NCBI GenBank assembly: GCA_963697675.1
Contig: CAVOOW010000006.1
Location: 1,203,518-1,267,517, forward strand
Direction of reading: 5' to 3'
Source of the DNA: an uncultured Actinomycetota bacterium
GTDB taxonomy: Bacteria; Actinomycetota; Actinomycetes; JACCUZ01
Length of the DNA: 64,000 nt
The notes under the pieces were generated by a model that worked only from the letters and a program-made list of their open reading frames with translations, did not search any database and was not told the DNA's origin. Below, piece by piece: positions 44,358 through 54,569 of the stretch; positions within the stretch are counted from its first letter, which is position 1, and each line of letters opens with the position of its first letter. Both the position numbers and the translations under genes were made by a program.

Positions 44358-44463
44358 CCGATCCTAGGCGTGCCGCATTCCCAGGAGCAGCGCACACGCA
44401 GACCGGCGAACAGGCAGTCGTCACGTACGGGCAGGTCATACCCACCACCCGCTTGTTCAGGCG

Positions 44464-45381
44464 TCAGGGCAGGGCGACGCGTTGGTAGTCGAGCCAGGTT
44501 CCGGTGGGGCAGTCGGGTGCGACCGCGTACGCGTTGACGAACGACGGGTCGTCCGGGTCGGGCAGCACGATGATGGTCGCCGGCTTGCCCTCGAAGCGGC
44601 CGATGTCGACGGCCAACGGCGTCACCGGACCGTTCGCGAGGTTGGCGACGCACTCGGCCAGGGCGGCCCCGTTCCGCAGCCGCCCGGGGTCGGCCGCCGC
44701 CGCGACCGGCGCTTCCGCCTTCGGCGTCGAGGAGCTCGTTGGTGACTGGCTGCTCGTTGGTGACTGGCTGTCCGCTGCGGCGTCACCACCGGAGTCGAGC
44801 GCGGTCCTGGAAAGCAGTCCGGGCACGGCACTGCGCAGCGAGCTCGAGGTGTAGTCGCGGCCGCTGCTCGTGACGCTGTACTTACCGGCCGCGGTGGCCT
44901 TCTCCCGAGAGGCCTGGCCGCTGCCGCTGCCGCCGGCGGCACTGTCGGCACTGTCGGCACTGGTCCCGCCCCCGCCGATGGCCCTGATGCCGCCGTAGCC
45001 GAGCGCACCGACGGCCGCGATCAGGACAAAGACCGCGGCGGCCTGCAGGACGCGGGTCCTCCAGGGCTGGCGTACGGGCGTGGTCAGCGCCGTCAGCGGA
45101 GTCACCGTCGCCGACGCTGTGGCCGAGGTGGGTGCCAGCGGCGCTGCTGCGACGGCCAGTGCGTCGTCAAGACGGCGTACGACGTCCTCGGGTGCGGCGA
45201 CGTCCGCGTCCGCACCAACAGCACGCAGCGCCGCTCGTACGTCGTCGAGGGCTTGGCTTTGCGCGCGGCACTCGGCGCAGCCGTCCAGGTGCTCGGCCGC
45301 TGTGGTGACCTGCTCCTGATCGAGCAGACCTTCTTGGAGGTCGGCCAGCAGGTCGAGGTCGAGGTGGGAATGCGTGCTCAT
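44464..45381 (-). CDS. anti-sigma factor (zinc-finger, RsmA-like) cognate to the upstream ECF sigma
   Basis: N-terminal HLDGCAECRAQ anti-sigma zinc motif. Start is translationally coupled to the sigma gene. Confidence 0.7.
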   Translation of the reverse strand: MSTHSHLDLDLLADLQEGLLDQEQVTTAAEHLDGCAECRAQSQALDDVRAALRAVGADADVAAPEDVVRRLDDALAVAAAPLAPTSATASATVTPLTALTTPVRQPWRTRVLQAAAVFVLIAAVGALGYGGIRAIGGGGTSADSADSAAGGSGSGQASREKATAAGKYSVTSSGRDYTSSSLRSAVPGLLSRTALDSGGDAAADSQSPTSSQSPTSSSTPKAEAPVAAAADPGRLRNGAALAECVANLANGPVTPLAVDIGRFEGKPATIIVLPDPDDPSFVNAYAVAPDCPTGTWLDYQRVALP

Positions 45382-46094
45382 CGGTGCGGGTCACCTCCTT
45401 CGGCGGGTGCGGTGGCGATGTTGTGCTCTGGTGGGACGCGCGCCACGTCGAACGGGTTCCCCGCGACGCGGACCTGATCGGAGGTGTCAACCGGATCGAG
45501 ACGGCCGGCCAGGTCGGGCCGCAGGAGCGGGACAAGGCGCGCGCGGCCGCGGGCGCATCGGCTCTTCACCGTGCCAACGGCGCAGTCGAGGATCGTCGCG
45601 ACCTCGTCGACGGGGTAGCCGTACATGTCGACCAGGACGAGGGCGGCGCGCTGGTCGGCCGGCAGCGTCGCCAGGGCGGCGTCCAGGTCGAGCGCGAGCT
45701 CGCGCGCGGCCAGCGGGTCGCGGCGCCGGTCGGGCACGTCGTAGTCCGGCAACGGGTCGGCGGGACGGCTGGCCTTGCGACGAACCCGGTCCAGGCAGGC
45801 ATTCACGACGATGCGGTGCAGCCAGGTCGTCACGGCGGCCTCGCCCCGGAAACCCGGTCCGGACGCGGCGTCCGCGCTGGCGTCGGCTCGTGGGCCCGAG
45901 GCGCGCAGGGCCGAGACGAGGGCGTCCTGCACGGCGTCGGCGGCTTCCTCGCGGTCACCGAGAGTGCGCAGCGCCACGGCCCAGAGCCGGTCACGGTGCC
46001 GGCGCACGACCTCGCCGAAGGCATCGGGGTCGCCGGCGGCATGGGCGGCCAGCAGTTCCGCGTCGGAGCGGGTGTCCGCCGAACCGTGGGTCAC
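45378..46094 (-). CDS. sigM: ECF RNA polymerase sigma factor (SigM-like)
   Basis: Sigma-70 region 2 (LWAVALRTLGDREEAADAVQDALV) and region 4 (PADQRAALVLVDMYGYPVDEVATILDCAVGTVKSR). The 283-aa ORF was trimmed to the GTG at 46094. Confidence 0.75.
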   Translation of the reverse strand: MTHGSADTRSDAELLAAHAAGDPDAFGEVVRRHRDRLWAVALRTLGDREEAADAVQDALVSALRASGPRADASADAASGPGFRGEAAVTTWLHRIVVNACLDRVRRKASRPADPLPDYDVPDRRRDPLAARELALDLDAALATLPADQRAALVLVDMYGYPVDEVATILDCAVGTVKSRCARGRARLVPLLRPDLAGRLDPVDTSDQVRVAGNPFDVARVPPEHNIATAPAEGGDPHR

Positions 46095-46325
46095 GTCGAG
46101 CCTCTCTGCGCCGGCCCCCGGTGTGGGCACGTCCAGCGCCAGCGTAGGACACCTTTGTCCGATTACTGCCTCATCGACGGCCTGGGCGCGGCAGTTGAGC
46201 GACTGCGGACGGGTTGTCGGAAACTGCATGATCGACTTGGTTTTGCGGGGCGCTGACCTGCGGCGATGGGGGGCCGTGCCAGGTTGTGCATGATCGACTT
46301 TGAAGTGGGGGGTGGTGAGGGGTGG

Positions 46326-47879
46326 TTAGGAGCCGCGGACGGTGACCTCGGCGAGCTGGCCGCGAAAGCCGCCGTTGACGGCAGGGAGCTTGGTCAGCCA
46401 GAGCAGTACGTAGCGGCCTCTGGTGGCCTTGTCGAAGGTCAGCGGCGTGCGGCCGACGATGTCAGTGCCCGTTGTCGCCTTCGAGTAGTCGGCCAGCGCG
46501 TCGCCCTCGTCATTCGCGACGCGGACCTGCAGGTCGGTCCCCGCTCCGACGGCCGTCACGGTCACCGATGACACGTCCTTGCGCGAGCCGAGGTCGAGCA
46601 CGAGCCCGACGCCCTTCTTCAGCCCGCCCGGGCCGAACTGCTGGCGATAGATGTTCGTGTTCCACACCGTGGTGACATTGCCGTCGAAGGCCTGGTCGGC
46701 CCGGTCGGTGTTCTCCTCGCCGTCACCCTCCGGCTCGGGGTCGAGCGTCGTGGCGCCCTTGATGCCCAGCTTGCTCGCTCCGCTGGTGGGGGGCGAGGAT
46801 GCCGATGTCGTCGGATCGGGCGGATCGTCGGTCAGCCCCGCGAAGTTCGAGTTGAACAGCTGGTAGCCGGCCAGACCGAGCCCCACCAGCAGCACGAGTC
46901 CCACCAGCAACGACAGTGGGCCGACCACCCGCCCCCTCGGGGCAGCCTCGTCGTCGTACGGCGAGAGATAGGGACCCGGCTGCGGCGGCGGGGTGTCGTC
47001 GCCGTGCAGACCGCCGCGCGGTTCGACCACGGGGATGCGGCTCGTCGCGGCCGTCGAGGTGAGCCGCCGAGCCAGCTCGGCCGGCGTGCGCACCGGCTCG
47101 CCGGCGTTGCCCGCGCCGTGCCGTGCCGTGCCGAGGGTCGCGGTGACGAGCGTGTCGAGGTCGACGGGCACGCCGGCCCGCACCTGCCGCGGGCTGCATA
47201 CCCGGTCGCCGTCGTAGGGCGCTGCGGTCACGGCGGAGGGCTCCGCGCCCGGCCATCTGCCGGTGAGCGCGGTGTAGAGGATGGCAGCCGCGCCTTGCGT
47301 GTCGCGCATGGCGGCATCGGCATCGTCGACGGCGACCAGGCCGCGCACGGCGGCGTCGACGGCCAGGCCGGCGACCTTGATCTGTCCGTGGCTGGTCCGC
47401 AGCACATGCTCGGGGGTCAGGCAGAGATGGGACAGCCCCTCGCGGTGGGCGGCTTCGAGGGCGTTGGCGACCTCGGTCGCGAGATCGCAGGCGTGACCGG
47501 CCGTCAGTGGGCGGTCGGCGATCAGGTCGGCGAGGCTGCTGGCGGTCACCCACTCGCTCACGACGTAGACGACTCCGTCGGTGTCGTTCGCATCGAGGAC
47601 CCGGAGGAAACGAGCGTCGGTGACGGCAGCCGCGCGGCGGGCGGCGCTCAGGACGCGCTGCGCTCCTGCGCTGTCGCCCTGCAGCAGGCACAGTCCGACG
47701 GCGCGGTCGAGCAGCTCGTCGTGGGCCCGCCAGTACGTCGTGCCCTCCGCGGCGTGCCCGAGCGCCTGTTCGAGCAAGTAGCGGTCAACGAGCCGGGTGC
47801 CCGGGTCGAGGGTGTGAGGTCCGTCGTTCGCGGGTGACACACAACTCCTCGCACGTAGGGCCGATCCCGTTAGGAACAA
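46326..47879 (-). CDS. Ser/Thr protein kinase-like protein with TM helix and extracellular beta-rich domain (MviN-associated pseudokinase-like)
   Basis: Kinase-fold N-terminus, then a TM segment (LLVGLVLLVGLGLAGY) and a C-terminal secreted domain. Lies next to murJ. Confidence 0.6.
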   Translation of the reverse strand: MFLTGSALRARSCVSPANDGPHTLDPGTRLVDRYLLEQALGHAAEGTTYWRAHDELLDRAVGLCLLQGDSAGAQRVLSAARRAAAVTDARFLRVLDANDTDGVVYVVSEWVTASSLADLIADRPLTAGHACDLATEVANALEAAHREGLSHLCLTPEHVLRTSHGQIKVAGLAVDAAVRGLVAVDDADAAMRDTQGAAAILYTALTGRWPGAEPSAVTAAPYDGDRVCSPRQVRAGVPVDLDTLVTATLGTARHGAGNAGEPVRTPAELARRLTSTAATSRIPVVEPRGGLHGDDTPPPQPGPYLSPYDDEAAPRGRVVGPLSLLVGLVLLVGLGLAGYQLFNSNFAGLTDDPPDPTTSASSPPTSGASKLGIKGATTLDPEPEGDGEENTDRADQAFDGNVTTVWNTNIYRQQFGPGGLKKGVGLVLDLGSRKDVSSVTVTAVGAGTDLQVRVANDEGDALADYSKATTGTDIVGRTPLTFDKATRGRYVLLWLTKLPAVNGGFRGQLAEVTVRGS

Positions 47880-48009
47880 CGACCAGAGGACCCCCGAGTG
47901 TCCGGGTCACGCACGGCGCGGCCCATCGGATCATCAGCGTTGCAAGGTCCATGGTAGGTCCGACGGGATGGCGTCAGCGCCACGCGTGCAGAGACCCGGT
48001 TGCGCCTGA

Positions 48010-48504
48010 CTATCCGTCGACGGCCTTACCGGTCGCGTGGCGCTCGATGTGTGCCCAGTCCTTGATCGGCCCGATGCGGAAGATGATCAGCGTCGTGGCG
48101 TTGCGGGACACGGTCAGGTGAACGGTGCCGTCCTCGTCGACCTTGAAGTCGTCGGTGTGGATGACGTCTGCGGGGTTCTCGGAGGCGGCGGCGGCGACCG
48201 CCGCGTTGTAGGCCGATTGCACGCTCTTGCTCGTCTGCCAGTCTTCCGACGCCTGCAGCGCAGCGAAAGACCCCTGGTCGGCGACGGTCATCGCGGTGGT
48301 GCCGATCGAGATCGCGTCGAAGAGGGCCAGCCCCGCGACGGCGAAGAACACCACGATCCGGGTGAGCCAGCCGAGGACGATGCCGCCCTGGTCGTTGAGC
48401 GTGCGGGCCTGCGGCGTGCGGTGCTCAGTTGTGCGGGCTTGCGGCGTGCGGTGCTCAGTTGTGCGGTTTTTGAGCAGGGAAGACGGTGACCGGGCCATAC
48501 CCAC
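48010..48504 (-). CDS. hypothetical membrane protein with tandem peptide repeat
   Basis: One TM helix; N-terminal TTEHRTPQAR x2 encoded by a 30-nt tandem repeat at 48401-48468. Confidence 0.4.
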   Translation of the reverse strand: MGMARSPSSLLKNRTTEHRTPQARTTEHRTPQARTLNDQGGIVLGWLTRIVVFFAVAGLALFDAISIGTTAMTVADQGSFAALQASEDWQTSKSVQSAYNAAVAAAASENPADVIHTDDFKVDEDGTVHLTVSRNATTLIIFRIGPIKDWAHIERHATGKAVDG

Positions 48505-48553
48505 CTAGGTCGGCTGTCGAGGACCCCGCCTTGAGTGATCCGAACATGGTGGC

Positions 48554-50230
48554 TCAGTGCGCGAGGCGGCTGCGCACGGTCGCCCGCATCGTGGCCAGCT
48601 CGTCGATGTGCAGAACCTGTCCGACGGTGAGGTACCCCAGGAGCAGCACGATGCCTCCGACGCCCACCGCGACGGCCGAGCCGGCGAAGCCCTCGCCCAG
48701 CCAGTCCGTCAGCGCCCGGGAGAAGCCCCAGGCCGCGATGCCGCCCGGCAGCACGGCCAGCACGAGACGGACGAACGTGCGCGTGACCCGGCGCCCGTCG
48801 AGATCGCCGAGCCGCCGACGCAGCACGGCCGTGCTGAGCGTGAGTCCGACCAGGTAGGTCGCCGCGTAGGCCAGCGCGAGGCCGATCAGGATGTACTTGT
48901 CGGGCAGCGTCTGGTAGGCGACCAGCGCCAGCGCGACGTTCACGGCTGCGATGAGGGTCTGGAGCAGGAACGGGGTGCGCGTGTCCTCCTGGGCGTAGAA
49001 CCCGCGCAGCGCGACGTACTGCGCGGAGAAGGCCGGTAGCCCGAGGGCGAAGGCCGCGGTCACCGTCCCGATGAATCGGGCGTCGTCGGAGGACACGTTG
49101 GAGGCGAACAGCATGCCGGTGAGGTCGGGACCCAGGGCGACGTAGACCGCCGCGGCGAACACCGTGCCGACCGCAGTCAGGCGCCAGCCTGTCGACAGGT
49201 CGTCGCGCAGCGCGTCCATGCGCCCGTCGGCCACGGCCCGGCTCATCCGGGGCAGCAGGCCCGTGACGACCGACACCGTGAGGATCGAGTGCGGCAGGAT
49301 GAAGATCAGGTAGGCACTGCTGTAGACGGTCAGGCCGTAGTTGTCGCCGCCGTCCGCCGTGGCGGCGTTGGTGGCCAGGTTGACGATGACCCCGTAGGCC
49401 AGCTGGTTGACCAGCACGAAGAGGAAGGTCCACTTGGCCAGCTCGCCGGCCTTGCCGAGCCCGTGACCGCGGAAGTCGAAGCGCGGGCGATAGCGGAACC
49501 CGGTGCGTCGCAGAACGGGGATGAGGACGAGCGCCTGCAGTGCCACGCCGAGCGTTGCCGAGCCGCCGAGCAGCGCGATGCCCCCGGGGGTGAGCGAGGT
49601 GGGATCGGCCGTGTCGACGGAGAAGAACGCGATGAACAGCAGTGCGCCGGCGATCGCGACGATGTTGTTGATGGCCGGCGCCCACATCATCGGTCCGAAG
49701 CTGCCACGCGCATTGAGGACTTGACCCACGATGGTGTAGACGCCGTAGAAGAAGATCTGCGGCAGGCACCAGAACGCGAATGCCGTTGCGACGGCGACGT
49801 CCGCACTCGTGTAGTTGTCCCCGGTGTAGATCGCCATCAGCACCGGGGCCAGCGCAGTCGCCACGATCGTCACGACCAGCAGGACCAGCCCGGCCAGCGT
49901 CAGCAGCCGGTCGGTGTAGCCCTTCCCCCCATCGGGGTTCTTCATCGCGCGCACGACCTGCGGCACGAAGACGGTGTTCAGTACGCCGCCCGCGAGCAGG
50001 ATGTAGAGGATGTTGGGCACCGTGTTGGCCACGGTGAAGGTGTCTGCGGTGAAGTGGACACCGATCGCCGCGGCCAGCGCCGCGTTTCGCACGAAACCGA
50101 GTGCGCGGGAGACCGTGGTGCCTGCGGCCATGACCGTGCTCGTGCGGAGCAGACCCGCGACGGATTCGTCAGGTACCTGAGCTCCGCTCTGCTGGCCGGC
50201 GTCTCCGTCGGCGGAAGACGTGTGGGTCAC
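48554..50230 (-). CDS. murJ: lipid II flippase MurJ/MviN
   Basis: Polytopic membrane protein (VMAAGTTVSRALGFVRNAALAAAIG...). GTG start overlaps the stop of the upstream gene (GTGA); the 805-aa ORF extension was rejected. Confidence 0.8.
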   Translation of the reverse strand: MTHTSSADGDAGQQSGAQVPDESVAGLLRTSTVMAAGTTVSRALGFVRNAALAAAIGVHFTADTFTVANTVPNILYILLAGGVLNTVFVPQVVRAMKNPDGGKGYTDRLLTLAGLVLLVVTIVATALAPVLMAIYTGDNYTSADVAVATAFAFWCLPQIFFYGVYTIVGQVLNARGSFGPMMWAPAINNIVAIAGALLFIAFFSVDTADPTSLTPGGIALLGGSATLGVALQALVLIPVLRRTGFRYRPRFDFRGHGLGKAGELAKWTFLFVLVNQLAYGVIVNLATNAATADGGDNYGLTVYSSAYLIFILPHSILTVSVVTGLLPRMSRAVADGRMDALRDDLSTGWRLTAVGTVFAAAVYVALGPDLTGMLFASNVSSDDARFIGTVTAAFALGLPAFSAQYVALRGFYAQEDTRTPFLLQTLIAAVNVALALVAYQTLPDKYILIGLALAYAATYLVGLTLSTAVLRRRLGDLDGRRVTRTFVRLVLAVLPGGIAAWGFSRALTDWLGEGFAGSAVAVGVGGIVLLLGYLTVGQVLHIDELATMRATVRSRLAH

Positions 50231-52416
50231 TCGGCAACTCCATGGGCCAGCGGCGAGGGCGGCGCCCGCCGTGCGGCGCGGCCACGTCGGAACAGGCGGA
50301 CGAGTGCCGCCAGGAACAGCACGCCGGCCGCCCCGCCGGTGATGAACAAGGCGACCGTGCCGAACTGGGTGATCCGGATGCTGATCGGCACTGGACCGTT
50401 GGGCAGCGCGGTGCCCCCGCGGGTCAGCAGCGTCGCGTCGACGACGACGTCGCCACCCGCGACGGCCGTGGCGTTGACGAAGACCTGCTGCTTGCGTCCG
50501 GCACCGATGTGGATCGGATTGGGCGGCGGGTCGAGCCGCAGTCGTGGTTGCCGGGGTTCGAGCCGTAGCACGACGATGACTTCCTGTTTGACGCCGTTCG
50601 AGATCGTCAGCGGGATCTTGCCGCTGTTGCTGCTGAACGTATAGCTGCCGGGCTGCACGCGGATCGAACCGAGCTGGTCGTTGACGATCGACTGTTCGCG
50701 GAAATAGCGGTTGACCCGGTCTTCCTCCCGGCCGCGCCACCAGGTCGACTCCAGGCGCAGCAAGCCCGTCTCGAGGCTGGGGACGATCTGTTCGGGCTTG
50801 GTGAGCACTGCCGCGAAGGTCGAGATCCTGGAGTGCTGGGAGCCCAACGCCGTCAGGTAGGGCGCCGACAGCTCGTGGGCCCGTTCCGACGCCGGATAGC
50901 GCACGCCTCGCCGTTCCACCTCGGCCACCGGGGCGTTGCGCATGTCCGCGAGCGAGGTGCCTGTCATCCAACTCGCGCCCGCTGTGCCCGCGACGAGCCG
51001 GTCCAAGAACTCCTGCGGAGGATCCCAGCGTCGCGGTGGCGCGACCAGGATCACGCGGCTCGGGCCGGCGCTGGGCAGCTCGGCGGTGATCATCGCCGTC
51101 TCTGCGAGGAACCGTTGGGCGGCGAGCAGCGGGTTGTGAGGGGCGTCGCCGAGCAGGCTGGTCAGCACATGGTCGGCGAGGACGGCGTTGACAGAACCCG
51201 ACGGCGTACGGAGGTCGCTGTGACCGCCCGGCGTGTAGTTGAGCTCCAGTCGTGGTGGCAGTGCCCGGTCGTCGAGGACGACTGCGCGCGTGCCGGTCGA
51301 GGCCAGCAGCGCGAGGGTCGGCCGGTCGGTGAAGCCGTCGATCGGCCAGGCGACGTCGCTGGTGACCGGCCGGCCAAGGACACGCTCGGCCTCGATCGTG
51401 CCGGTGTTGCGGGCGTTCTGGACGTCGGAGCTCAGACCACCCCGACGCAGCGCTGTGATGTCAGGATCGGCGTAGGGCAGCGCGACGACCTCGCTGGTCG
51501 CCGTCGCCGTCTTGACCTGCTCGAGCCAGTCGGCGGCCGAGACGGTTCCGCCGCCGGCCTTGGTGCGGCTGCCGGCCACCACGCGGTAGCCGTTGGGTGC
51601 GCTCATGTCGGCTGCGCTGTCGAGCAGATCCGGGTCGACCACCCAGGTGAGCGGCAGTTGCTGGCCGAGCAGCTCACCGGCCTGGCTCAACCGTTGCAGC
51701 CGGCCGTCCGGCGCGAAATCGGTGGCGAGGGAGTCGTCGGCGTAGGTGCCGTCGGACAGCCGGGTCGGATGACCGACCAGGGGCCACAACCAGGTGAATC
51801 CGGTCGGGCGCACCTCGTTGCGCCGCGGGACCCACGGCAGGAAGGTCCGCGTGATCGCCACCGGGCCTACCCCGTCGCGGTGAGTCGCGGTGACCTCGAC
51901 GACGAGGACGTAGACCCCGAAGTCGGTCAGCTGGTCGAGGTCGTTCAGGTTGGTGGCGATGTCGAATGTCCCGCTCGACCCCGGGGGCAACAGGTCCGCG
52001 ACCTGTTCAGACGCGATCTCCGGGCCGTCCTTGCCCGTGGTGAGGCCCGTCGCCACACCGGCGAGCTCGTTCCTGCTGTTGACGGGCGTGCGGGACAGGC
52101 GGAGCGCGACGCTCACCTTGCGGAGCCGCTCCGGGCCGCCTTGCACGGCGCCTGCCACGTGCAGCACGGCCCCGGGCGTGCCGACGGCCGGGTCGAGCGT
52201 GGTCAGCGTCAACGTCGCGAGCGGCGTGGCGGCGACGGCCGGTGCCACAGCACCTCCCGACGCGACCAGGAAGCCCAGCAGCAGCACCACGACCACCAGC
52301 GCCGGGACCCGGTGGCACCGGACCGGCGGTCTCCGATGGCCCAGGCCGTTCCTTCTTGCGGGTCCCACGCCAGTCCTTCTTGCGTGTCTGACGCGATGAC
52401 CTCGTGCGTGTCTCAC
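50227..52416 (-). CDS. large membrane-anchored extracellular protein (Rv3909-like)
   Basis: N-terminal TM helix and ~700 aa without recognised catalytic motifs; conserved partner of murJ. Confidence 0.55.
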   Translation of the reverse strand: MRHARGHRVRHARRTGVGPARRNGLGHRRPPVRCHRVPALVVVVLLLGFLVASGGAVAPAVAATPLATLTLTTLDPAVGTPGAVLHVAGAVQGGPERLRKVSVALRLSRTPVNSRNELAGVATGLTTGKDGPEIASEQVADLLPPGSSGTFDIATNLNDLDQLTDFGVYVLVVEVTATHRDGVGPVAITRTFLPWVPRRNEVRPTGFTWLWPLVGHPTRLSDGTYADDSLATDFAPDGRLQRLSQAGELLGQQLPLTWVVDPDLLDSAADMSAPNGYRVVAGSRTKAGGGTVSAADWLEQVKTATATSEVVALPYADPDITALRRGGLSSDVQNARNTGTIEAERVLGRPVTSDVAWPIDGFTDRPTLALLASTGTRAVVLDDRALPPRLELNYTPGGHSDLRTPSGSVNAVLADHVLTSLLGDAPHNPLLAAQRFLAETAMITAELPSAGPSRVILVAPPRRWDPPQEFLDRLVAGTAGASWMTGTSLADMRNAPVAEVERRGVRYPASERAHELSAPYLTALGSQHSRISTFAAVLTKPEQIVPSLETGLLRLESTWWRGREEDRVNRYFREQSIVNDQLGSIRVQPGSYTFSSNSGKIPLTISNGVKQEVIVVLRLEPRQPRLRLDPPPNPIHIGAGRKQQVFVNATAVAGGDVVVDATLLTRGGTALPNGPVPISIRITQFGTVALFITGGAAGVLFLAALVRLFRRGRAARRAPPSPLAHGVAE

Positions 52417-52916
52417 GCGGTGTCCGCGAGCAGACCGGCCGCGGTCTCGGCCAGCCGCCGCTCGCCGGCGTAGGCCAGATGGGCCCCGAGCTCATCGAGC
52501 GGCACCCACGCCACCTCGTCGACCTCGATGTCCTCGTCGGAGAGCTCTCCACCTGAGGCGACGAGCAGGTAGTGGTGCACCGTCTTGTGGACCCGCCGGT
52601 TCTCGGCGACGAACCAGTAGTCGATCGTGCCGAGCGCAGCGATGACCGTGCCGCGGATGCCGGTCTCCTCCTCGACCTCTCGTACCGCGGCGTCTTGTGC
52701 GGTCTCGCCCTGCTCGACGTGGCCCTTGGGCAGCGACCAGAGCAGGCGGCCGCGGCGGTCACGGCGGCCGATGATCGCCACCTGTGGCCGCGCTCCCGAC
52801 CGGTCGACGACCAGCCCGCCGGCGGAGGTCTCCTCGACCTTGCGCAGGCCCGGGCGGCCTTCCCCGGGGTCGCTGCGGCGGGCGCCGCGCCGACGGGGTG
52901 CGGGAGTCGAGGGCAT
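52413..52916 (-). CDS. NUDIX hydrolase (MutT4-like)
   Basis: Nudix box [22 protein letters not shown]; start trimmed to the ATG at 52916. Confidence 0.8.
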   Translation of the reverse strand: MPSTPAPRRRGARRSDPGEGRPGLRKVEETSAGGLVVDRSGARPQVAIIGRRDRRGRLLWSLPKGHVEQGETAQDAAVREVEEETGIRGTVIAALGTIDYWFVAENRRVHKTVHHYLLVASGGELSDEDIEVDEVAWVPLDELGAHLAYAGERRLAETAAGLLADTA

Positions 52917-52990
52917 CGCTTGATCGTATCCAGCCGAGACGGCCCTGCCCGTGCGGTGCAGTCGGCGGCACGCGACGTACCCTGCCTGCC

Positions 52991-54451
52991 GTGCCTGTTG
53001 AGACGCCCGCCCCCCGCGACGGCCTGCAAGAGGTACGGCGCCGGTTGATCGCGGAGCTGATGCGGCGTGGCGCGATCTTCGACGAGCTCGGCCGGCGGTT
53101 CCAGGACGCCGGTCACGAGCTGGCTCTGGTGGGCGGCACCGTGCGCGACATCCTGCTCGGCCGTCCGTCACCGGACCTCGATTTCACCACCGATGCCCGG
53201 CCGGAGCAGATCACCGCGCTGCTGCGCGGTTGGGCCGACGCCTGGTGGGAGGTAGGTGCGGCTTTCGGAACGGTCGGCGGCCGCAAGGGGGACGCCGTGA
53301 TCGAGGTGACGACCTACCGCGACGAGGTCTACCGGCACGACTCGCGCAAGCCCGAGGTGACTTTCGGCGACTCCCTGGAGCACGATCTGGTGCGCCGTGA
53401 CTTCGCTGTCAACGCCATGGCGGTCACGCTGCCGGAGATGACCTTCGTCGATCCGCACGACGGGCTCGGCGACATCGGGCGCCGCGTGTTGCGCACGCCG
53501 GGTCGCCCGGAGGACTCGTTCAACGACGACCCGTTGCGCATGCTGCGCGCTGCCCGGTTCTCGGCAACGCTCGGCTTCGACGTCGACCCCACCGTGGTGT
53601 CGGCCATCACCGAGATGGCCGGTCGCATCTCGATCGTGTCGGCGGAACGCGTGCGGGACGAGCTGGTCAAGCTCATCTGCGCCCCGCAGCCGCGCCGCGG
53701 CCTCACGCTGCTGGTCGACACCGGGTTGGCCGACCACATCCTGCCCGAGCTGCCGAAGCTGGCGCTCGAGATCGACGAGCATCACCGGCACAAGGACGTC
53801 TACGAGCACACGCTCACGGTGCTCGAGCAGGCCATCGACCTCGAGGAGCCGGGCGCCGCACCCGACTTCGTGCTGCGGTTCGCCGCGCTGATGCACGACG
53901 TGGGCAAGCCCAAGACCCGTCGCTTCGAGCCCGACGGCGGGGTCTCGTTCCACCACCATGAGGTCGTCGGCGCGAAGCTGACCGCCGCCCGGATGCGGGC
54001 CTTGCGGTTCCCCAACGACGTGACCGCGGATGTCTCCCGGCTCGTCGAGCTCCACCTGCGATTCCACGGATACGGCACGGGGACGTGGACCGACTCCGCC
54101 GTACGCCGCTATGTCGCCGATGCCGGCCCGCTGCTGGACCGCCTGCACAAGCTGACCCGGTCGGACAGCACCACCCGCAACCGACGCAAGGCGATGCAGC
54201 TGTCGGCGGCCTACGACGACCTCGAGGAACGGATCGCCCGGCTGCGTGAGCAGGAGCAGCTGGAAGCGATCCGGCCGGATCTGGACGGCAACGCGATCAT
54301 GGCCATCCTCGGGGTGCCGCCCGGTCCGGTGATCGGGCGGGCGTGGGCCCATCTGAAGGAGGTGCGTCTCGACCAGGGGCCGTTGCCACCCGAGGCGGCT
54401 GAGGCCGAGCTGCGCCGCTGGTGGGCCGACCAACCCGAGTCGCCCCCCTGA
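52991..54451 (+). CDS. cca: CCA tRNA nucleotidyltransferase
   Basis: [20 protein letters not shown] polymerase-beta head and HD domain ([11 protein letters not shown]); GTG start. Confidence 0.85.
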   Translation: MPVETPAPRDGLQEVRRRLIAELMRRGAIFDELGRRFQDAGHELALVGGTVRDILLGRPSPDLDFTTDARPEQITALLRGWADAWWEVGAAFGTVGGRKGDAVIEVTTYRDEVYRHDSRKPEVTFGDSLEHDLVRRDFAVNAMAVTLPEMTFVDPHDGLGDIGRRVLRTPGRPEDSFNDDPLRMLRAARFSATLGFDVDPTVVSAITEMAGRISIVSAERVRDELVKLICAPQPRRGLTLLVDTGLADHILPELPKLALEIDEHHRHKDVYEHTLTVLEQAIDLEEPGAAPDFVLRFAALMHDVGKPKTRRFEPDGGVSFHHHEVVGAKLTAARMRALRFPNDVTADVSRLVELHLRFHGYGTGTWTDSAVRRYVADAGPLLDRLHKLTRSDSTTRNRRKAMQLSAAYDDLEERIARLREQEQLEAIRPDLDGNAIMAILGVPPGPVIGRAWAHLKEVRLDQGPLPPEAAEAELRRWWADQPESPP

Positions 54452-54470
54452 CCCCCCGCGTTGACCATGC

Positions 54471-54508
54471 GGAATCGACCACGTTCAGCATGCTGGCGGA
54501 CGGTTCGC
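54471..54508 (+). repeat. 38-bp repeat copy A (GGAATCGACCACGTTCAGCATGCTGGCGGACGGTTCGC)
   Basis: Identical at 37 of 38 positions to the inverted copy at 55950-55992. Confidence 0.8.
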
Positions 54509-54569
54509 CATGCCTGCACGCCCGGCAAGGCGTCCTTTCACCTGGCACAGCAATCCGCCTCACCGGCGG

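Noticed and set aside
48554-50971. 805-aa version of murJ and the 729/678/644-aa extended versions of other ORFs (dnaA, phosphoesterase, NUDIX, DyP)
   Set aside because: The N-terminal extensions are Arg/Pro-rich low-complexity translations of GC-rich DNA overlapping upstream genes. Starts were placed at conserved N-termini or at SD-preceded start codons.
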